From a virus (Duplodnaviria; Caudoviricetes), in IMG/VR virus record IMGVR_UViG_3300048579_000158, positions 1 to 47,379 of that record: a DNA stretch of 47,379 nt. The stretch is one strand, 5' to 3'. The translations under genes were made by a program, and so were the position numbers. Every line of letters starts with the position of its first letter. Positions within the stretch are counted from its first letter, which is position 1. Positions 1-9,564 of this stretch are shown here, piece after piece. Below the pieces are notes generated by a model, which was not told the origin of the DNA, made no database searches, and saw only the letters and a program-made list of their open reading frames with translations.

Positions 1-289
1 TCACGGCCGGATCGGCGTCCCTGCCCTTCTCCGGGGCCGGGAGAGCCGCAACCGCGCTGGCCACAGCCTCGTCCACCATCGCGCGCACCGCCTCCGGCGC
101 AACGCTCTCGCCGTCCTTCGGCACCGGCATCCTGCCGACCGCCTCGGCCACCATCCGCTCGATCACGGCCGGATCGGCGTCCCTGCCCTTCTCCGGGGCC
201 GGGAGAGCCGCAACCGCGCTGGCCACAGCCTCGTCCACCATCGCGCGCACCGCCTCCGGCGCAACGCTCTCGCCGTCCTTCGGCACCGG
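1..289. repeat. 162-bp coding tandem repeat
   Basis: 1-127 is identical to 163-289. Confidence 0.95.
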
Positions 290-484
290 GATGGATTTCA
301 GAACGGCGGCAAGGGCTGCCTCGTTGGCCTCCCGAAGCTGCGCCTTGAGGCTCGTCGTCTCTGCGCGCAATTCCGCGATCACGGCGCGCGCCTCGGCCGA
401 CATGCGCGCCGCTTCACGCTCCCACTGTCGCGTCAGCTCCGCGATGACACGACCGAGCGCCGTCGCCAGAGCATCAGGAATCAA
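1..484 (-). CDS. Phage structural-region protein following portal, with 54-aa tandem repeats (3' end outside window)
   Basis: Open frame (L)IPDALATALGRVIAE...PVPKDGESVAPEAVRAMVDEAV..., not in the ORF track because it runs off the window. TTG start at 484 with GGAG upstream; start uncertain. Confidence 0.7.
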   Translation of the reverse strand, partial: MIPDALATALGRVIAELTRQWEREAARMSAEARAVIAELRAETTSLKAQLREANEAALAAVLKSIPVPKDGESVAPEAVRAMVDEAVASAVAALPAPEKGRDADPAVIERMVAEAVGRMPVPKDGESVAPEAVRAMVDEAVASAVAALPAPEKGRDADPAV

Positions 485-1865
485 GTTGGAAGCTCCGCGC
501 GCTTCGCTGGAGGAGATCCGCAATCCCTGCGACCCGGTCTTCATAGCTTCTGCTGCCGTCGGCGTCTGCGTCATCGTCCCCATCCGCGTCAGGATCCTTG
601 GGCGCCCGCCCGCCGGATTGGCGCGCGAACGGATCTTCTCGCGCGTCTCGCTTGGCGAGCGCCGCGAGTGAATAGTTCTGCTGTTGCAGGTACGGCGTAT
701 CGCCACCCGGTGCGGGGGGTAGATCGATGCGGCGGCGACCCTCATTGGGTGCCAGGATGCCGGCCTTCACACCCTTGTCCGCCACCTCCATCTGCGTCAC
801 GGAATCCATGCGCAACAGGCCTTCAAGGTCCAGTTCCGTCCCTGTGCCCTCAGCAACTCCGAGACCTTCGTCGAGGCAGAGCTCGATATCCTCGATATGC
901 CGTTGAAGACACTGCGAGTAATACTCAATGTTGAGCGACTGCACGTTGTTGACGGTAGGTTGCGGACCGACCCCAATCTTGTAGAGCGGCACGTGATAGG
1001 TCGAGCAGACGACCTCGGCGGTCCATTTCAACTGCTCGATCATCTGGCCTTCCACGGCTGTGATCGCCATCTTCTCGTACTTGAGCCCATTGCCGACAAC
1101 GGCGACGCGCCCCACGTTGTCGCCACCAAAGTTCTGCTCAAACCAAATCTTGAGGCGCGCCACGTCCGCTTCGTTGACGCTTCCAGGTGCCGTGAGAATA
1201 CCGCTTGGCCGAGCATTGTTCTTGAACAGCCGGGCCGACAGCGTCTGCATGTTGAGTCCCTGCATGGCCGCGAGTCCATTCGCGTAGATTGGCGAAATGC
1301 CGACCAGCGGATGAAACATGCAGTTGAAGCGGTCGTGGATGACCTCTCGCGCCGGAACAATGACCTCGCTCGGGAGCCCGGATATGTTGTCCGTGCTCAG
1401 CCGATAGAATACCGCGCCATCTTCTGACACGAGCGGATGCACCCTGTTCGGGTCAAGCACGTACAGACCGACCACGACACTGCGGGCATCACGCTCCTTC
1501 AAGATGTAGGCATTGCCGGATTGCAGCTTTGATAGAACCCACGATTCAAGGAACTGAATGCGGTTCTGGAAATGATTGGGCTTTCTCAGCACGGGCGAAT
1601 AGGCCGGACTCGAGATCTCCTGCCAGACGCCGTTTGCATCTTTCTGGACGAGCTTCGGGCGAAGCTTGGCGATATCCGACGCGATCAACGTGCGGCACGC
1701 AAAATCTGCGTGGAACGAGAGCACAGTGTCGAACCGCGCTTCGACATTGCGCTGCCATGCACCGCCGAAACTCTCGCGGACAAGCGGGAACCAGCCGCCG
1801 CGATTCTCCGGCACCGAAGACAGCGCCTTGGTGCGCGTGATGGTAATCCCGAACGGCAACCTCAT
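474..1865 (-). CDS. Phage portal protein, HK97 family
   Basis: Motifs IASDIAKL, KPNHFQ, GNAY, GISPI, F-NNARPSGIL, APNEGRR; 463 aa. Confidence 0.95.
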   Translation of the reverse strand: MRLPFGITITRTKALSSVPENRGGWFPLVRESFGGAWQRNVEARFDTVLSFHADFACRTLIASDIAKLRPKLVQKDANGVWQEISSPAYSPVLRKPNHFQNRIQFLESWVLSKLQSGNAYILKERDARSVVVGLYVLDPNRVHPLVSEDGAVFYRLSTDNISGLPSEVIVPAREVIHDRFNCMFHPLVGISPIYANGLAAMQGLNMQTLSARLFKNNARPSGILTAPGSVNEADVARLKIWFEQNFGGDNVGRVAVVGNGLKYEKMAITAVEGQMIEQLKWTAEVVCSTYHVPLYKIGVGPQPTVNNVQSLNIEYYSQCLQRHIEDIELCLDEGLGVAEGTGTELDLEGLLRMDSVTQMEVADKGVKAGILAPNEGRRRIDLPPAPGGDTPYLQQQNYSLAALAKRDAREDPFARQSGGRAPKDPDADGDDDADADGSRSYEDRVAGIADLLQRSARSFQLDS

Positions 1866-2812
1866 TGGACGGTTTCCTCGGATGCGGCCGAGCGGCCGCA
1901 GAACACAATGTCGTCGAACCCATGCATCCGCGCGAGCTGCAGGGCATGATCATCCGTGCGGGCCACGGCAAGCACGCTACCAGGCCAGTGCTCCGCAGCC
2001 TCCGGCGATGCGATGACCGCACTGAAGCTGTCATATCGATCGAGCGCAGCAATCGCTTCAGCCCACACCGTCGGCGCATATCCGAGAACCAGGCATCGAC
2101 CGCCCACATCCCTGTGATAGTGCGAACGGATGAACGGATACGATTCCACGAGTTGCCAGGGCTTGGGATCACCAGGAAAAAACAGAAGGCGCCCGCCGGC
2201 GGCCGGATTCCACCGGCCCCACCAGAACACACCGTCGCGTTCTCCCCAGGTCGCTTCACCAGCGCCAAGCACGTGACTGATCCAGGCTTGATCCGAACCG
2301 ACGTAGCGCTCGCCGGCAGCGATGGCGCCATCTGGCGTGAAGCTCTCGTACACATGCGGCCGGGCGCCAGCCGTCATCATCAGCATCGAGCCGTTGTAGG
2401 GGCGCGGGTTCGGCCGGTCACCCGACGGGCTTGCATAGAGCACGATGTCCTCATCGCGCTGAAACAGGCTGTCGAGGTTGCCCGACACGACGCAGTCCAT
2501 ATCCATGGACACAAATCGCGACCCGAAAAGCCGAGCCGCATCGGGCCGGAACATCGAGATGCGGCGCAGGCACTGCGGCTTCTCCGGCCCCCAAGTCGGG
2601 ATCGTGACGTGCTCGAAATCGCGCGGCGGCGCGACGATGCGTATGCGCTCGTCGATGCCAGCGGGCATATCGGTGACGCACGCCAGACGATGCGGGATCG
2701 TAAGGTTCCGCCGCACCATATCGGCCCACACATTAACCTGGTGCGCGCCGTAGGTCGCACGACCGCCTGGCTGTGCCCAAAGCCAGGTCATCACCGTAAG
2801 CGGCTCACGCAT
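1862..2812 (-). CDS. GT-A fold glycosyltransferase-like protein
   Basis: LACVTD, FVSMDMDCVVSGNLD (DxD), YNGSM and GSDQAWIS motifs. ATGA coupling to portal. Confidence 0.75.
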   Translation of the reverse strand: MREPLTVMTWLWAQPGGRATYGAHQVNVWADMVRRNLTIPHRLACVTDMPAGIDERIRIVAPPRDFEHVTIPTWGPEKPQCLRRISMFRPDAARLFGSRFVSMDMDCVVSGNLDSLFQRDEDIVLYASPSGDRPNPRPYNGSMLMMTAGARPHVYESFTPDGAIAAGERYVGSDQAWISHVLGAGEATWGERDGVFWWGRWNPAAGGRLLFFPGDPKPWQLVESYPFIRSHYHRDVGGRCLVLGYAPTVWAEAIAALDRYDSFSAVIASPEAAEHWPGSVLAVARTDDHALQLARMHGFDDIVFCGRSAASEETVQ

Positions 2813-3095
2813 TCGGCAGTTTGGCCTTGAGGTCGATCATGCGGCGGTTCATCCGTTTGGCGAAGTCGAACCCGGCGCCCGCGAGCAGCGTGAGTTGTGA
2901 GCGTTGCGGCTCCGGGCAGGTTGCAGCAACGCGATAGATCTCGCGTAGCGTCTCGCAAATGGTGAGACGCCGCGTCTGATGATGAGGATTGATCTCGTAT
3001 TTCCGTTTGGGCCGCATCGCGCGCGTAGCCTCCTGGAATGTCATGCCGGGAGGGACCGGACCGAGATTTGTGATGCCGTCTTCGATCGACATCAC
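2805..3095 (-). CDS. Hypothetical protein
   Basis: Translationally coupled ORF within the head operon. Confidence 0.65.
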   Translation of the reverse strand: MMSIEDGITNLGPVPPGMTFQEATRAMRPKRKYEINPHHQTRRLTICETLREIYRVAATCPEPQRSQLTLLAGAGFDFAKRMNRRMIDLKAKLPNA

Positions 3096-3511
3096 GCGCG
3101 CGTCGCCTCCGCGATCTTGGACCGGAGCGTTTCCGCATCCCAGCCATAGAACGGCTTTTTTCCGAGGTGTGCCTCGTAGTCCTGACGGAGACGCTTCAGT
3201 TCGTCGGGGTCACCATCGGCAGTGGAAGATCCGCCCTTTCGGCCGTCGCCGTCGTGATCTAGGGGATCGCGCGGTGTCTGAGGCGGCTCGACCGGAGCGG
3301 CTAACGTCGATGGGGCGGCACCCAGAATTTTGTCCACCAGCTCCTGGGGCGGAGGCGGGAGCCGGCCGGGCACGCGCGTGTCGAGGTCCTTGGCCTTCTT
3401 GGCCGCGATCAGGACCTTCCGGTCGCGAGCGGTCCTGGCCTCGAACTCGTCCCCTGGCAACAGGCGCCTGGAACCGTAGGAAAACGGCTTGGTGGCGATC
3501 ATCGGGATCAT
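3092..3511 (-). CDS. Small head-associated protein after capsid (C-terminal HeH/LEM-like helix pair)
   Basis: GAGGAG RBS; C-terminus LRQDYEAHLGKKPFYGWDAETLRSKI; Asp-rich DPLDHDGDG. Confidence 0.75.
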   Translation of the reverse strand: MIPMIATKPFSYGSRRLLPGDEFEARTARDRKVLIAAKKAKDLDTRVPGRLPPPPQELVDKILGAAPSTLAAPVEPPQTPRDPLDHDGDGRKGGSSTADGDPDELKRLRQDYEAHLGKKPFYGWDAETLRSKIAEATRA

Positions 3512-3531
3512 CGCGCGCTCCTCTCATGACA

Positions 3532-3557
3532 GCGGGCGGCCACCGAGGGCCGCCCGT
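3532..3557. terminator. GC-rich hairpin downstream of capsid gene
   Basis: GCGGGCGGCC...GGCCGCCCGT; no U-tract on the coding strand. Confidence 0.45.
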
Positions 3558-3585
3558 CGTTTGGGTCTACGAATTGGCCGGGCGA

Positions 3586-5553
3586 TTAGCTCGCCGGGAC
3601 CGCGCCGCCCCACTGGACGCCGGTGAGGTAAGCGACGGCCGAGGCGCGACGCTTCTTCCAGTTGATGGTGCGCTGCGCCTTGAGGCCCACGAGATCACCC
3701 TGCCAGAGCGACACGAGCGACGCGCCAGTGCCGGCCGTCGAGTCCTGCGTAAGCGTCGCGCTCTTCATTTCGAGAGACGCTTCGCGGCTCATGTCCACCG
3801 ACACCTCGCCGTCATCGCCGACATAGATGTCGGAGGCGTTGACGAGAATGACGATGCTGCCGATGTGGTCGGAGATGATGGCCGGCAGACCCTCGAAGGT
3901 GCCACCGGTCATCGAGAGACCGGGGAATTCCTTCTGACCAAGGGCATTGGTCATCAGCGAGAGCGCCAGCGCCGTTTTCGACGACATCAGCCAGACGCCG
4001 GCGGACGGCGCGTTGTTCGCCTCAATGAACTTGTGGAACACCGCGCGTACGTCGACGCGGATCGCGTCGGCGTCCGTGCCGGTCGAAGCGATGGTGGCGG
4101 CACCGTTTGTGATCGACGCCGGCTTGACGTTGGTCGTGCCGTTGTTGGCCGGATCGACGAACGCCACGTCCTGACCAGCCACGATCGCGTCGCGCAGCGC
4201 ATCGCGAACGATGAGCTCCGACGACGGGTTCGAGCTGCGGACGTTCTCCTCCGTCAACACGGCGATGTTGCCGATCTTGAGCGGCTCCAGCGTCGTGCGG
4301 TTGAAATCGAAGGCGGTCAGCGGCGTCGGCTTGCCTTCTCCGACCCAGTAGGCGGCGCCGCCACCGGTCTGCGAGATCAGCGGCTCGCGGAACGGAACGT
4401 GACGCAGCGCGGGGATGGCACCGGCGCCAAACTTCCCGAGGATGGTCGCAGGGCGAAGATAGGCGGCAAAATCGGCGAACGCCGACGTCTCAGCACCCGT
4501 GAGCTTGGCAGCCCAATTGCCCGAGATGTTGGAGCCAGTCACGACCTCGTTCGCCTTGATGACGCCGACGACGTCGCTGTCAGGGCCATACATGCGCTCA
4601 GCGATTTTCAGCGCCGGCTCTCCGTCGAGGCGTGCGACAGCCTTGACCTTGGCGAGGCGCGCGAAAGCGACGCCAGGCTCGAGCTTCGGCTGGGCGCGAA
4701 CGACAACGTTGCCGCCGCGGGTAGCGCTGCCGTCGGCAACCGACCTCACTTCGACGACGGGACGTGCCGTCGAGGCCATGGCCTTCTCGACCTTGCGGAG
4801 GCGATCGAGGTCCTTGTCGATCGCTGCGACCTCGCGCTCGAGTCCGTCGAACTCCTCCTGCTCCGCCTCCTCGGTGGAGCGGCCTTCGTCGATGCTCTTC
4901 TGCATCACCGCCTGCATTTTGGCGACGTTTGCCGCCCTCTTCGCTTCGAAAGCGGCAATCTGTTCCGCGATCGTCTTCATGTCTTTGGCCTCCTTGGCCT
5001 CGGTTGACTTACGGGTTGCGTTGCCCGAAGCGCCGGGCGGGATAAGCCGCACGACCGGCGACAGCGATCGGCCTGACGCGGCCCGCTGTGCGAGATCGAA
5101 CGACTTGACGGATGTGATGGTGGCCTCGGCATTGGCCGGAATGGTCACCAGCGAAAGCTCGTAAACGTCAGTGGCGATGTAGCGCCAGCCGCCGCCATCC
5201 ATGACGGCGTATTCCAGCATGCGAAACCCGATCGAGACGGCCCGGATCAGACCAGCCTTGATCTCGCCCCACGCGGTGTCGACTCGATCCTTGAGCGGAC
5301 CAGCCTCAGTTATCTTCGGGAGAACGGCCTCGAAGTTCATTCCATTCTTGGTCGGCTTGTCGAACTTGACGGTGCCGACGGGCAGTCGGCGGTCGTGGTG
5401 ATGCAAGAGTGGCACCGGGTTGGCGAAGACGATGCCCAGGGGTTCGACCACATCTCCCATGCGGTCCGGAGTGGGTGTCGTTGCGACACCGCGGATCACA
5501 CGCTGGTCCTCGTCCACCGTTTTGACGGTGAACGTCGAATACATCCGGTCCAT
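3586..5553 (-). CDS. Fused prohead protease (HK97 S78 type) and major capsid protein
   Basis: Protease motifs DRMGDVV, LLHHHD, SIGF, ELSLVTIPAN, then a coiled-coil delta domain and HK97 capsid (AAYWVGEG). AGGAG RBS before ATG 5553. Confidence 0.93.
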   Translation of the reverse strand: MDRMYSTFTVKTVDEDQRVIRGVATTPTPDRMGDVVEPLGIVFANPVPLLHHHDRRLPVGTVKFDKPTKNGMNFEAVLPKITEAGPLKDRVDTAWGEIKAGLIRAVSIGFRMLEYAVMDGGGWRYIATDVYELSLVTIPANAEATITSVKSFDLAQRAASGRSLSPVVRLIPPGASGNATRKSTEAKEAKDMKTIAEQIAAFEAKRAANVAKMQAVMQKSIDEGRSTEEAEQEEFDGLEREVAAIDKDLDRLRKVEKAMASTARPVVEVRSVADGSATRGGNVVVRAQPKLEPGVAFARLAKVKAVARLDGEPALKIAERMYGPDSDVVGVIKANEVVTGSNISGNWAAKLTGAETSAFADFAAYLRPATILGKFGAGAIPALRHVPFREPLISQTGGGAAYWVGEGKPTPLTAFDFNRTTLEPLKIGNIAVLTEENVRSSNPSSELIVRDALRDAIVAGQDVAFVDPANNGTTNVKPASITNGAATIASTGTDADAIRVDVRAVFHKFIEANNAPSAGVWLMSSKTALALSLMTNALGQKEFPGLSMTGGTFEGLPAIISDHIGSIVILVNASDIYVGDDGEVSVDMSREASLEMKSATLTQDSTAGTGASLVSLWQGDLVGLKAQRTINWKKRRASAVAYLTGVQWGGAVPAS

Positions 5554-5579
5554 GTCGAAATCTCCTGGTTCGGCGCGTT

Positions 5580-7328
5580 CTAGCCGAGGGCGAACGCCTG
5601 ATACTTGGGCGCGGCTGTTGGGTTCATGCCCATCAGAACGATGGTGTTGAAGGTCGCGGCGAGCGGATCGATTTTGGCTGTGCCCGCCTGCTGCTTTGTG
5701 ATGACGATGGCGTTGCCCTTGGCTTCGACCTTCGCGTTGCCGACGGCAAAGTTCATGAGCTTGGTGCCGCCGTGGATCAGCGTATTGCCGGCGAGATTGC
5801 GTTCGGCCGTCTTGATGGCGCCGGTGAGCTTCCATCCCTGCGAGACGCCGACGATGCGTTTGTCGGCATCCTCGGGCTTGATCGCTCCACCCTCCCGGGT
5901 CAGCGCCTTGTTGATGTCGACGACCCCAAAGGAATCGCAGCCGACCGAGTTCTCCTGGGCCAGCAAACCAGAGGCCTCAATCCGCTCGACGATCTCGGCC
6001 GCGGCTTCGACGTCGTCACCGGGCTTGGCGACGAAGGTGAGCTCTCCTGCCTTCTCGATCTCCTCGAGCGCCGTCGCGATCTCTTTGCGACGATCCTTGA
6101 CGATATCGTGGGCCCAGGCGTGGTTCCACAGCAGCCAACGGGCGGTGTCCTTCTCACGCCCGAGGACGGCGATGCCGAGAAGGTCGTCGAGCCCGCCACC
6201 GTCAAGGCCGACGACGACAACCTCGGAGCGGCGGAGCAATTCGTCGAGATCACGCAACGACTCGTCGACGTTCGATTTGCCCGTCTTCGGATTGGCGAGC
6301 CAGAACTCGGCGCCGGCCCAGCTCGCGGAGCCGAGCGCCAGGCCGATCTCAACGTTCAGGTGCTTCGCGACATGCGAAATGAGCGCCGATTCACCTGTCC
6401 GCTCAGCCTCGCGGTACTTATCGACGAGCCAGTCGAGCGCAACTGACTTGTGGAGATTTGGGTTCGGAATGAACCAGTATTCCGGGCTTCGATAGTCCTT
6501 GTTCTCGACCATCGCGCGAGGAAACTCGAACAGCATGCCGAACGACTTCGGGTCGATGACCTTGCCGTCGCGCACGTCGCGAAAGTACTGCAGCTTCGCC
6601 AAGAACACGCCGGCGGGCGGCTTGTCCGACTGCGTTGAAAGGAAGATGACGAAACCTTCCGGGCGCGAAACCAGGCCGCCTGTTGCCTCACGAAGCATGG
6701 CATCTGCATTCGGCCTTTTCCCGAATATCCAGAGCTCGTCGATAAGCACGAACGACGCTTTCTTGCCGCCGACTGTGTCGGTGTCGGCCGCGATGACCTT
6801 GAGCACGGCCTTGGTCGTGAGGTGCGTGATCTGGCGGAAGTTCTCCTGAACATGCAGGAAGGCCTTCAGCCGGGGATCAGCCCTCACCATGTCGCGGGCT
6901 GGATGGAACGAGTTGTTGGCGACCTCGAGCGTAGGGGCCAGGATCAGTAGTTCGGCCGAGTGCCGCCAGTTTCGGATCAAAGCCGTGAGCATGATCCCGG
7001 CGGCGATAGTCGACTTGCCATTCTTCTTGGCGATGAGAAGAAAGAACTCGCGGATCAGCCGCTTGGCGGACGTCGCATCGTAAGCGCCGAAAATCGCGCG
7101 GACGAGGTCAAACACCCACTCTTCGCTCACCTCGCCGAAGGTCGGGTGACGAATGTCGCCTGTCGCGGGGTCGACGACCTGGGGAAGATCGACGACCTGG
7201 AGCGACTTGAAGACCTCGAGCGCCGCCTCCGCCTCTGACGGAAACAACGGTGCGAATGGCAGCAGTGACTCGCGCGCGACGATCCGGCGTTCCCAATCCG
7301 GGCACGCCGTCGACCAGTGGAGCGTCAT
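5580..7328 (-). CDS. terL: Terminase large subunit
   Basis: Walker A IAKKNGKST, Walker B VLIDELW, nuclease GLDGGGLDDL and KIDPL. Confidence 0.96.
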   Translation of the reverse strand: MTLHWSTACPDWERRIVARESLLPFAPLFPSEAEAALEVFKSLQVVDLPQVVDPATGDIRHPTFGEVSEEWVFDLVRAIFGAYDATSAKRLIREFFLLIAKKNGKSTIAAGIMLTALIRNWRHSAELLILAPTLEVANNSFHPARDMVRADPRLKAFLHVQENFRQITHLTTKAVLKVIAADTDTVGGKKASFVLIDELWIFGKRPNADAMLREATGGLVSRPEGFVIFLSTQSDKPPAGVFLAKLQYFRDVRDGKVIDPKSFGMLFEFPRAMVENKDYRSPEYWFIPNPNLHKSVALDWLVDKYREAERTGESALISHVAKHLNVEIGLALGSASWAGAEFWLANPKTGKSNVDESLRDLDELLRRSEVVVVGLDGGGLDDLLGIAVLGREKDTARWLLWNHAWAHDIVKDRRKEIATALEEIEKAGELTFVAKPGDDVEAAAEIVERIEASGLLAQENSVGCDSFGVVDINKALTREGGAIKPEDADKRIVGVSQGWKLTGAIKTAERNLAGNTLIHGGTKLMNFAVGNAKVEAKGNAIVITKQQAGTAKIDPLAATFNTIVLMGMNPTAAPKYQAFALG

Positions 7329-7789
7329 CCGTTATTGACGACCAGCTTGGGCGGGGCGGGCGGCGCGAAGATGCTTGAGCCGGATGCCACCGCCTCGGCG
7401 GCGGCCTGGCGCTCCTCTTTCTTCCCCAGCTTTGGAGGCTTCGGCGCACTATCCGGCACCACACTCTGCGCGCCGACCGAGCGGCCGATTTGGTCGAGCG
7501 TCTTTCGCGACGCAGCGTGTCCATCCTGGGCCGAGTCAAACAGCCAGTTGATCACCTGCTTGCGCCGCTGAGCGTAGCCGTCGGCGATCTCGTCGGGGCA
7601 GTGCTTACGGAGGGTGTCGACATCGACGCGCAGCGAACGCGCAATTACGGCATCGGACTCCCCACAATATTTCATGCGCTCGACAGTCTGCCGATCCTCG
7701 ATCGTCGGGCGCCACGCCGGCCGGCCGCGTTCCTTCGCGGCTTTGCGCGATTTTTTGGCAGTTTTCTTGCGCTCGATTTTTTCGGTCAT
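7325..7789 (-). CDS. Probable terminase small subunit
   Basis: Immediately upstream of and coupled to terL; GRP motif plus HTH (IARSLRVDVDTLRKH). Confidence 0.8.
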   Translation of the reverse strand: MTEKIERKKTAKKSRKAAKERGRPAWRPTIEDRQTVERMKYCGESDAVIARSLRVDVDTLRKHCPDEIADGYAQRRKQVINWLFDSAQDGHAASRKTLDQIGRSVGAQSVVPDSAPKPPKLGKKEERQAAAEAVASGSSIFAPPAPPKLVVNNG

Positions 7790-7884
7790 TTTGGTCTCCT
7801 CGCCAGAAATTCAGCCCAGCGAAAAAAATTGTGCGAATGACCCCCGAGCGGTCCAGGGGGTAGGTTCGCGTTGAGGATTCAACT

Positions 7885-7900
7885 CCCCCCCCCGGGGGGG
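7885..7900. other. Candidate cos region (C9G7 dyad)
   Basis: CCCCCCCCCGGGGGGG in the intergenic gap between the HNH cluster and terS, where HK97-like cos sites lie. Confidence 0.4.
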
Positions 7901-7920
7901 TGCTACATGCCTTCGGCATC

Positions 7921-8214
7921 CTAGGCGCACTTGCAGTCAGCGCCCTCGACGCCTGGTCCGTTGATGATCCATCCGCACTGAGGGCAGCGATCGACTATCA
8001 CGACCTTCACGGCGCCTCGGTGGACCACTGCCAGCCATGTGTCGCCCACGGAGAGAGGCCTACCATCAGGGCCGATCTCGAACCGCTGGAGCTCGCCCGC
8101 TTCCTCGTCAGCCCAGATCACCTGCGTCTGCTCAACGCCGTCTAGCCAGACGCGAACGCTGCGGCCTGCTGCGCGTAGCGCTGCATAGGCCTGATCCGCC
8201 ACGTCAACGCGCAT
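7921..8214 (-). CDS. Hypothetical protein with C-terminal CxxC
   Basis: ORF directly after HNH, starting MRVDVADQ. Confidence 0.55.
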   Translation of the reverse strand: MRVDVADQAYAALRAAGRSVRVWLDGVEQTQVIWADEEAGELQRFEIGPDGRPLSVGDTWLAVVHRGAVKVVIVDRCPQCGWIINGPGVEGADCKCA

Positions 8215-8216
8215 GC

Positions 8217-8516
8217 CTAGAACCGCATGGCGGTGCGGCGCGCCCGCTCCGCTGCCGTTTTCGCCGAATGGCATGAGCCGCACAGCAACATCACGTTGGC
8301 CTCATCCAGCGGCGCACCGCCGTCCCTGCGTTCTACGATGTGATCGCCGAAGATGCGGGTCGGTGTGCGCCGGCACTTCTCGCAGCGAGGGCCGCGCTTG
8401 GCGACGATGCTGGCGATCAGGTCGCGCCACTCCTTCGACTGATAGAAGGGGTCTGCCGTCTTCGGTGGCAGTGCGGCCGTGCGCATATCGACCTGACGCA
8501 GAGAGGGGCCTAGCAT
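8217..8516 (-). CDS. Terminase-associated HNH endonuclease (HK97 gp74-like)
   Basis: FYQSKEW, CEKC, DHIVE, N..LLCGSCHSAKT. Confidence 0.92.
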   Translation of the reverse strand: MLGPSLRQVDMRTAALPPKTADPFYQSKEWRDLIASIVAKRGPRCEKCRRTPTRIFGDHIVERRDGGAPLDEANVMLLCGSCHSAKTAAERARRTAMRF

Positions 8517-8518
8517 TC

Positions 8519-8773
8519 TCAACTCGGCACCTCTCCAGATGCGACCAGCTCACCGACCCAGACGCCACCTTCGTCCCCAACCTTGGAGTATGTGGCCGTG
8601 CCGTTCGCGAACGTGATGGTCAGGGTTTGATCGCCTTCTAGCCACCGAAGGAACGCCGTGTGCTCGTTCGCGAGATCGAACGAGACGCCGATCCTGCTCG
8701 GCCACTGACCTTCGAGGTAGACGTTCCCTTGGCGCTGGCTGCACACCACGGGATCATAGGGCCGGGCAGTCAT
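8519..8773 (-). CDS. Hypothetical protein
   Basis: ATGA-coupled ORF starting MTARPYD. Confidence 0.6.
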   Translation of the reverse strand: MTARPYDPVVCSQRQGNVYLEGQWPSRIGVSFDLANEHTAFLRWLEGDQTLTITFANGTATYSKVGDEGGVWVGELVASGEVPS

Positions 8774-8985
8774 CGGGCGCCCATCTCGGTCATCATGTCG
8801 GCCAACAGCGGACCGGCGAACAGCATGGGGCGGCCATGCATGCTCACTTTCACGGTACGGAGCGGATAGTGCGGCTCGGCTCTGCGCCGCGTCGTGAAGA
8901 CGAGCCACATCGCGATCATCATCAACATGACCGTTCTCCCCTCACCGATCTCGAATTGGTGCCCTTGCCCAAGGGGCTGGTCCAT
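8770..8985 (-). CDS. Hypothetical protein
   Basis: GGGGAG RBS; first ORF of the late operon; start uncertain. Confidence 0.45.
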   Translation of the reverse strand: MDQPLGQGHQFEIGEGRTVMLMMIAMWLVFTTRRRAEPHYPLRTVKVSMHGRPMLFAGPLLADMMTEMGAR

Positions 8986-9184
8986 CACTCCCCCGCGAGT
9001 GGCGCGCCCTGTTGGGTCAAACGCCAATCGCTCGGGGCCACACACCTAGGACTGAGGCAGGCCTGCGATCTGGGGCCGACGCACGCAAGACACAGCGCCG
9101 GCCCGCTCTCTGGTATTCTTTAAACGCCTCACATCGGGGCTCGTTTACATGACGGCCTCCTGCGCTCGGCGGCTCGCAGAAACG

Positions 9185-9215
9185 AAAAAACCCGGCGGGA
9201 TTGGCTCCGGCCGGG
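9185..9215 (-). terminator. Intrinsic terminator in late leader (tR'-like)
   Basis: CCCGGC stem followed by T6 on the - strand. Confidence 0.75.
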
Positions 9216-9244
9216 CTTCGGTCATTCGTCTCGCGACGTTGCTT

Positions 9245-9277
9245 GATTCGGTACTTGACTCGCGGACTTTGTGTCAA
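9245..9277 (-). promoter_or_regulatory. Candidate late promoter (pR'-like)
   Basis: Perfect -35 TTGACA at 9277-9272 upstream of the terminator and head genes; -10 weak. Confidence 0.5.
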
Positions 9278-9324
9278 CCCGCATCGTGAAGAAAAATCAC
9301 CAACCAAGTCGCGCAGGCGCACTG

Positions 9325-9564
9325 CTATCGCGTGTACTCATCGGCGGCGACCTTTGCGATGCCGTCACCGACGATACTGCTCGACCGCGCACCAGCGCCG
9401 GACTCGGCTTTGCGGGGACCGAAAGCCAACAGGAAGATGAAGGCCAACACCGGTGAGAACAGCACGGCCAGAATGAACCAGCCGAAGCCTGACCGGTCAT
9501 AACGCCGCGATGCGGCGATACCCACGGCGCCGCTGAGCGCCAGCCAGATGATCAGCAATTCCAT
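9325..9564 (-). CDS. Small two-TM membrane protein (moron)
   Basis: GGAGGG RBS; hydrophobic segments around RSGFGWF. Confidence 0.75.
   Translation of the reverse strand: MELLIIWLALSGAVGIAASRRYDRSGFGWFILAVLFSPVLAFIFLLAFGPRKAESGAGARSSSIVGDGIAKVAADEYTR

Noticed and set aside
2989-5007. Long + strand ORFs antisense to capsid (similarly 1865-2830, 17762-19144, 19084-20946, 32630-34090, 11571-13034)
   Set aside because: Shadow ORFs expected in high-GC DNA opposite well-supported genes; no motifs.
5554-5835. N-terminal extension of the capsid ORF given in the ORF track
   Set aside because: Overlaps terL, and the strong RBS supports ATG 5553.
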